42,546 bases of DNA from Candidatus Iainarchaeum sp. (GTDB lineage Archaea > Iainarchaeota > Iainarchaeia > Iainarchaeales > JAZDDZ01). Made by a program: the position numbers and the translations under genes. Shown piece after piece: positions 41,889 to 42,546 of this stretch. Under the pieces are notes generated by a model. It saw only the letters and a program-made list of their open reading frames with translations. It searched no databases and was not told the DNA's origin. The DNA lies in the NCBI GenBank assembly GCA_043809245.1, contig JAZDDZ010000044.1:1-42546 (forward strand), written 5' to 3'. Positions within the stretch are counted from its first letter, which is position 1. Each line of letters opens with the position of its first letter.

Positions 41889-42326
41889 TTAAGGATTTCG
41901 GAGACGTGCTTGTAATGGAGTGATATTTGAAAGCCTGTATTTTGACACATACACTAAGCCCTCAGGCATTTTCATAAATAATTCCGCAAATGCTTTTCCT
42001 AAATTTGTTTTAGGCGTTAAATTTTCCGGCAAGACAAGGACAAATGCATTTTTTCCCCCAGTTATTTCCATTCTCCTGCCCGCAATGTGTACATTAACGC
42101 CTTCTCTTTCAAACAACTTCCTTAAATTTTTAAATGCATTCATTTTGGCTTTCTGGGACAATATTTCTGGGCCTACAAACCCCCCAACAATCTCCTGAAC
42201 TGTTTCCCTTCCCCGCGGCCGCCAACTTGTAACCCCGCCTTCTAATTCAACCTTAACCCAACCTTTGGGAACCTCGGTTAGATTTGTTGGCAATCCTTTT
42301 GGTTTTCTAGGGCGCAAAAAAATCAC
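41889..42326 (-). CDS. Hypothetical protein
   Basis: 145-aa ORF of plausible composition. No motif recognised. Confidence 0.4.
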   Translation of the reverse strand: MIFLRPRKPKGLPTNLTEVPKGWVKVELEGGVTSWRPRGRETVQEIVGGFVGPEILSQKAKMNAFKNLRKLFEREGVNVHIAGRRMEITGGKNAFVLVLPENLTPKTNLGKAFAELFMKMPEGLVYVSKYRLSNITPLQARLRNP

Positions 42327-42451
42327 TCCGAATCAATCAATTTTTTCGTTGAGCCGTTCCAGAGCAAGGCAACCCTGCTTTCAGGAACCTCATCAGTTAA
42401 TTCATAGCCTATAGCGAATGATTTATATATTTGAACATTCCTATATAGTAT

Positions 42452-42546
42452 CATGCGTTATGACTTAGCTCGCGGGGAAGAGTTTCTGCCGGATTATTCT
42501 CTTGCCGAGTTGAAACAAATGGCTTCGGCAGAGAAAGAACGGCAAC
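42452..42546 (+). CDS. 5' end of an ORF continuing beyond the window (MRYDLARGEEFLPDYSLAELKQMASAEKERQ..)
   Basis: ATG 42452 is preceded by tttatatat (42421-42429) at TATA distance. Open to the window end. Confidence 0.3.

Noticed and set aside
42205-42230. ccccgcggccgcc as another element terminus
   Set aside because: Only the CCGCGG core matches. It lies inside a coding region (41889-42326) without the other blocks.

Overview
This is a gene-dense archaeal chromosomal segment; I see no rRNA, tRNA or CRISPR array. The information-processing genes are PolD small subunit DP1 (interrupted by a LAGLIDADG intein) followed directly by PolD large subunit DP2, Orc1/Cdc6 with a candidate origin beside sepF, Hel308 helicase, proteasome beta, aCPSF1 beta-CASP nuclease (a second LAGLIDADG intein), NAC, FKBP, Fap7, Lrp-glnA, and stomatin with AMMECR1. 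The accessory content is: two ~930-aa paralogous secreted Cys-rich multi-module surface proteins lying as an imperfect inverted repeat ~19 kb apart; a 1399-aa coiled-coil surface protein; a type-IV-pilin-like LamG protein; and two DUF4143 AAA+ ATPase genes, each followed by a 12-16 codon remnant of the surface-protein C-terminus (..LQF[GS]S*). The most notable observation is two copies of an apparently undescribed 87-97 bp GC-rich miniature insertion element, each flanked by a long direct target duplication. Copy A sits at the DP1/DP2 junction with an 18/19-bp duplication. Copy B sits inside the 3' end of the FKBP gene with a perfect 35-bp duplication, and the ancestral FKBP C-terminus can still be read downstream. 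Many genes appear to use TTG/GTG starts and short or absent leaders.
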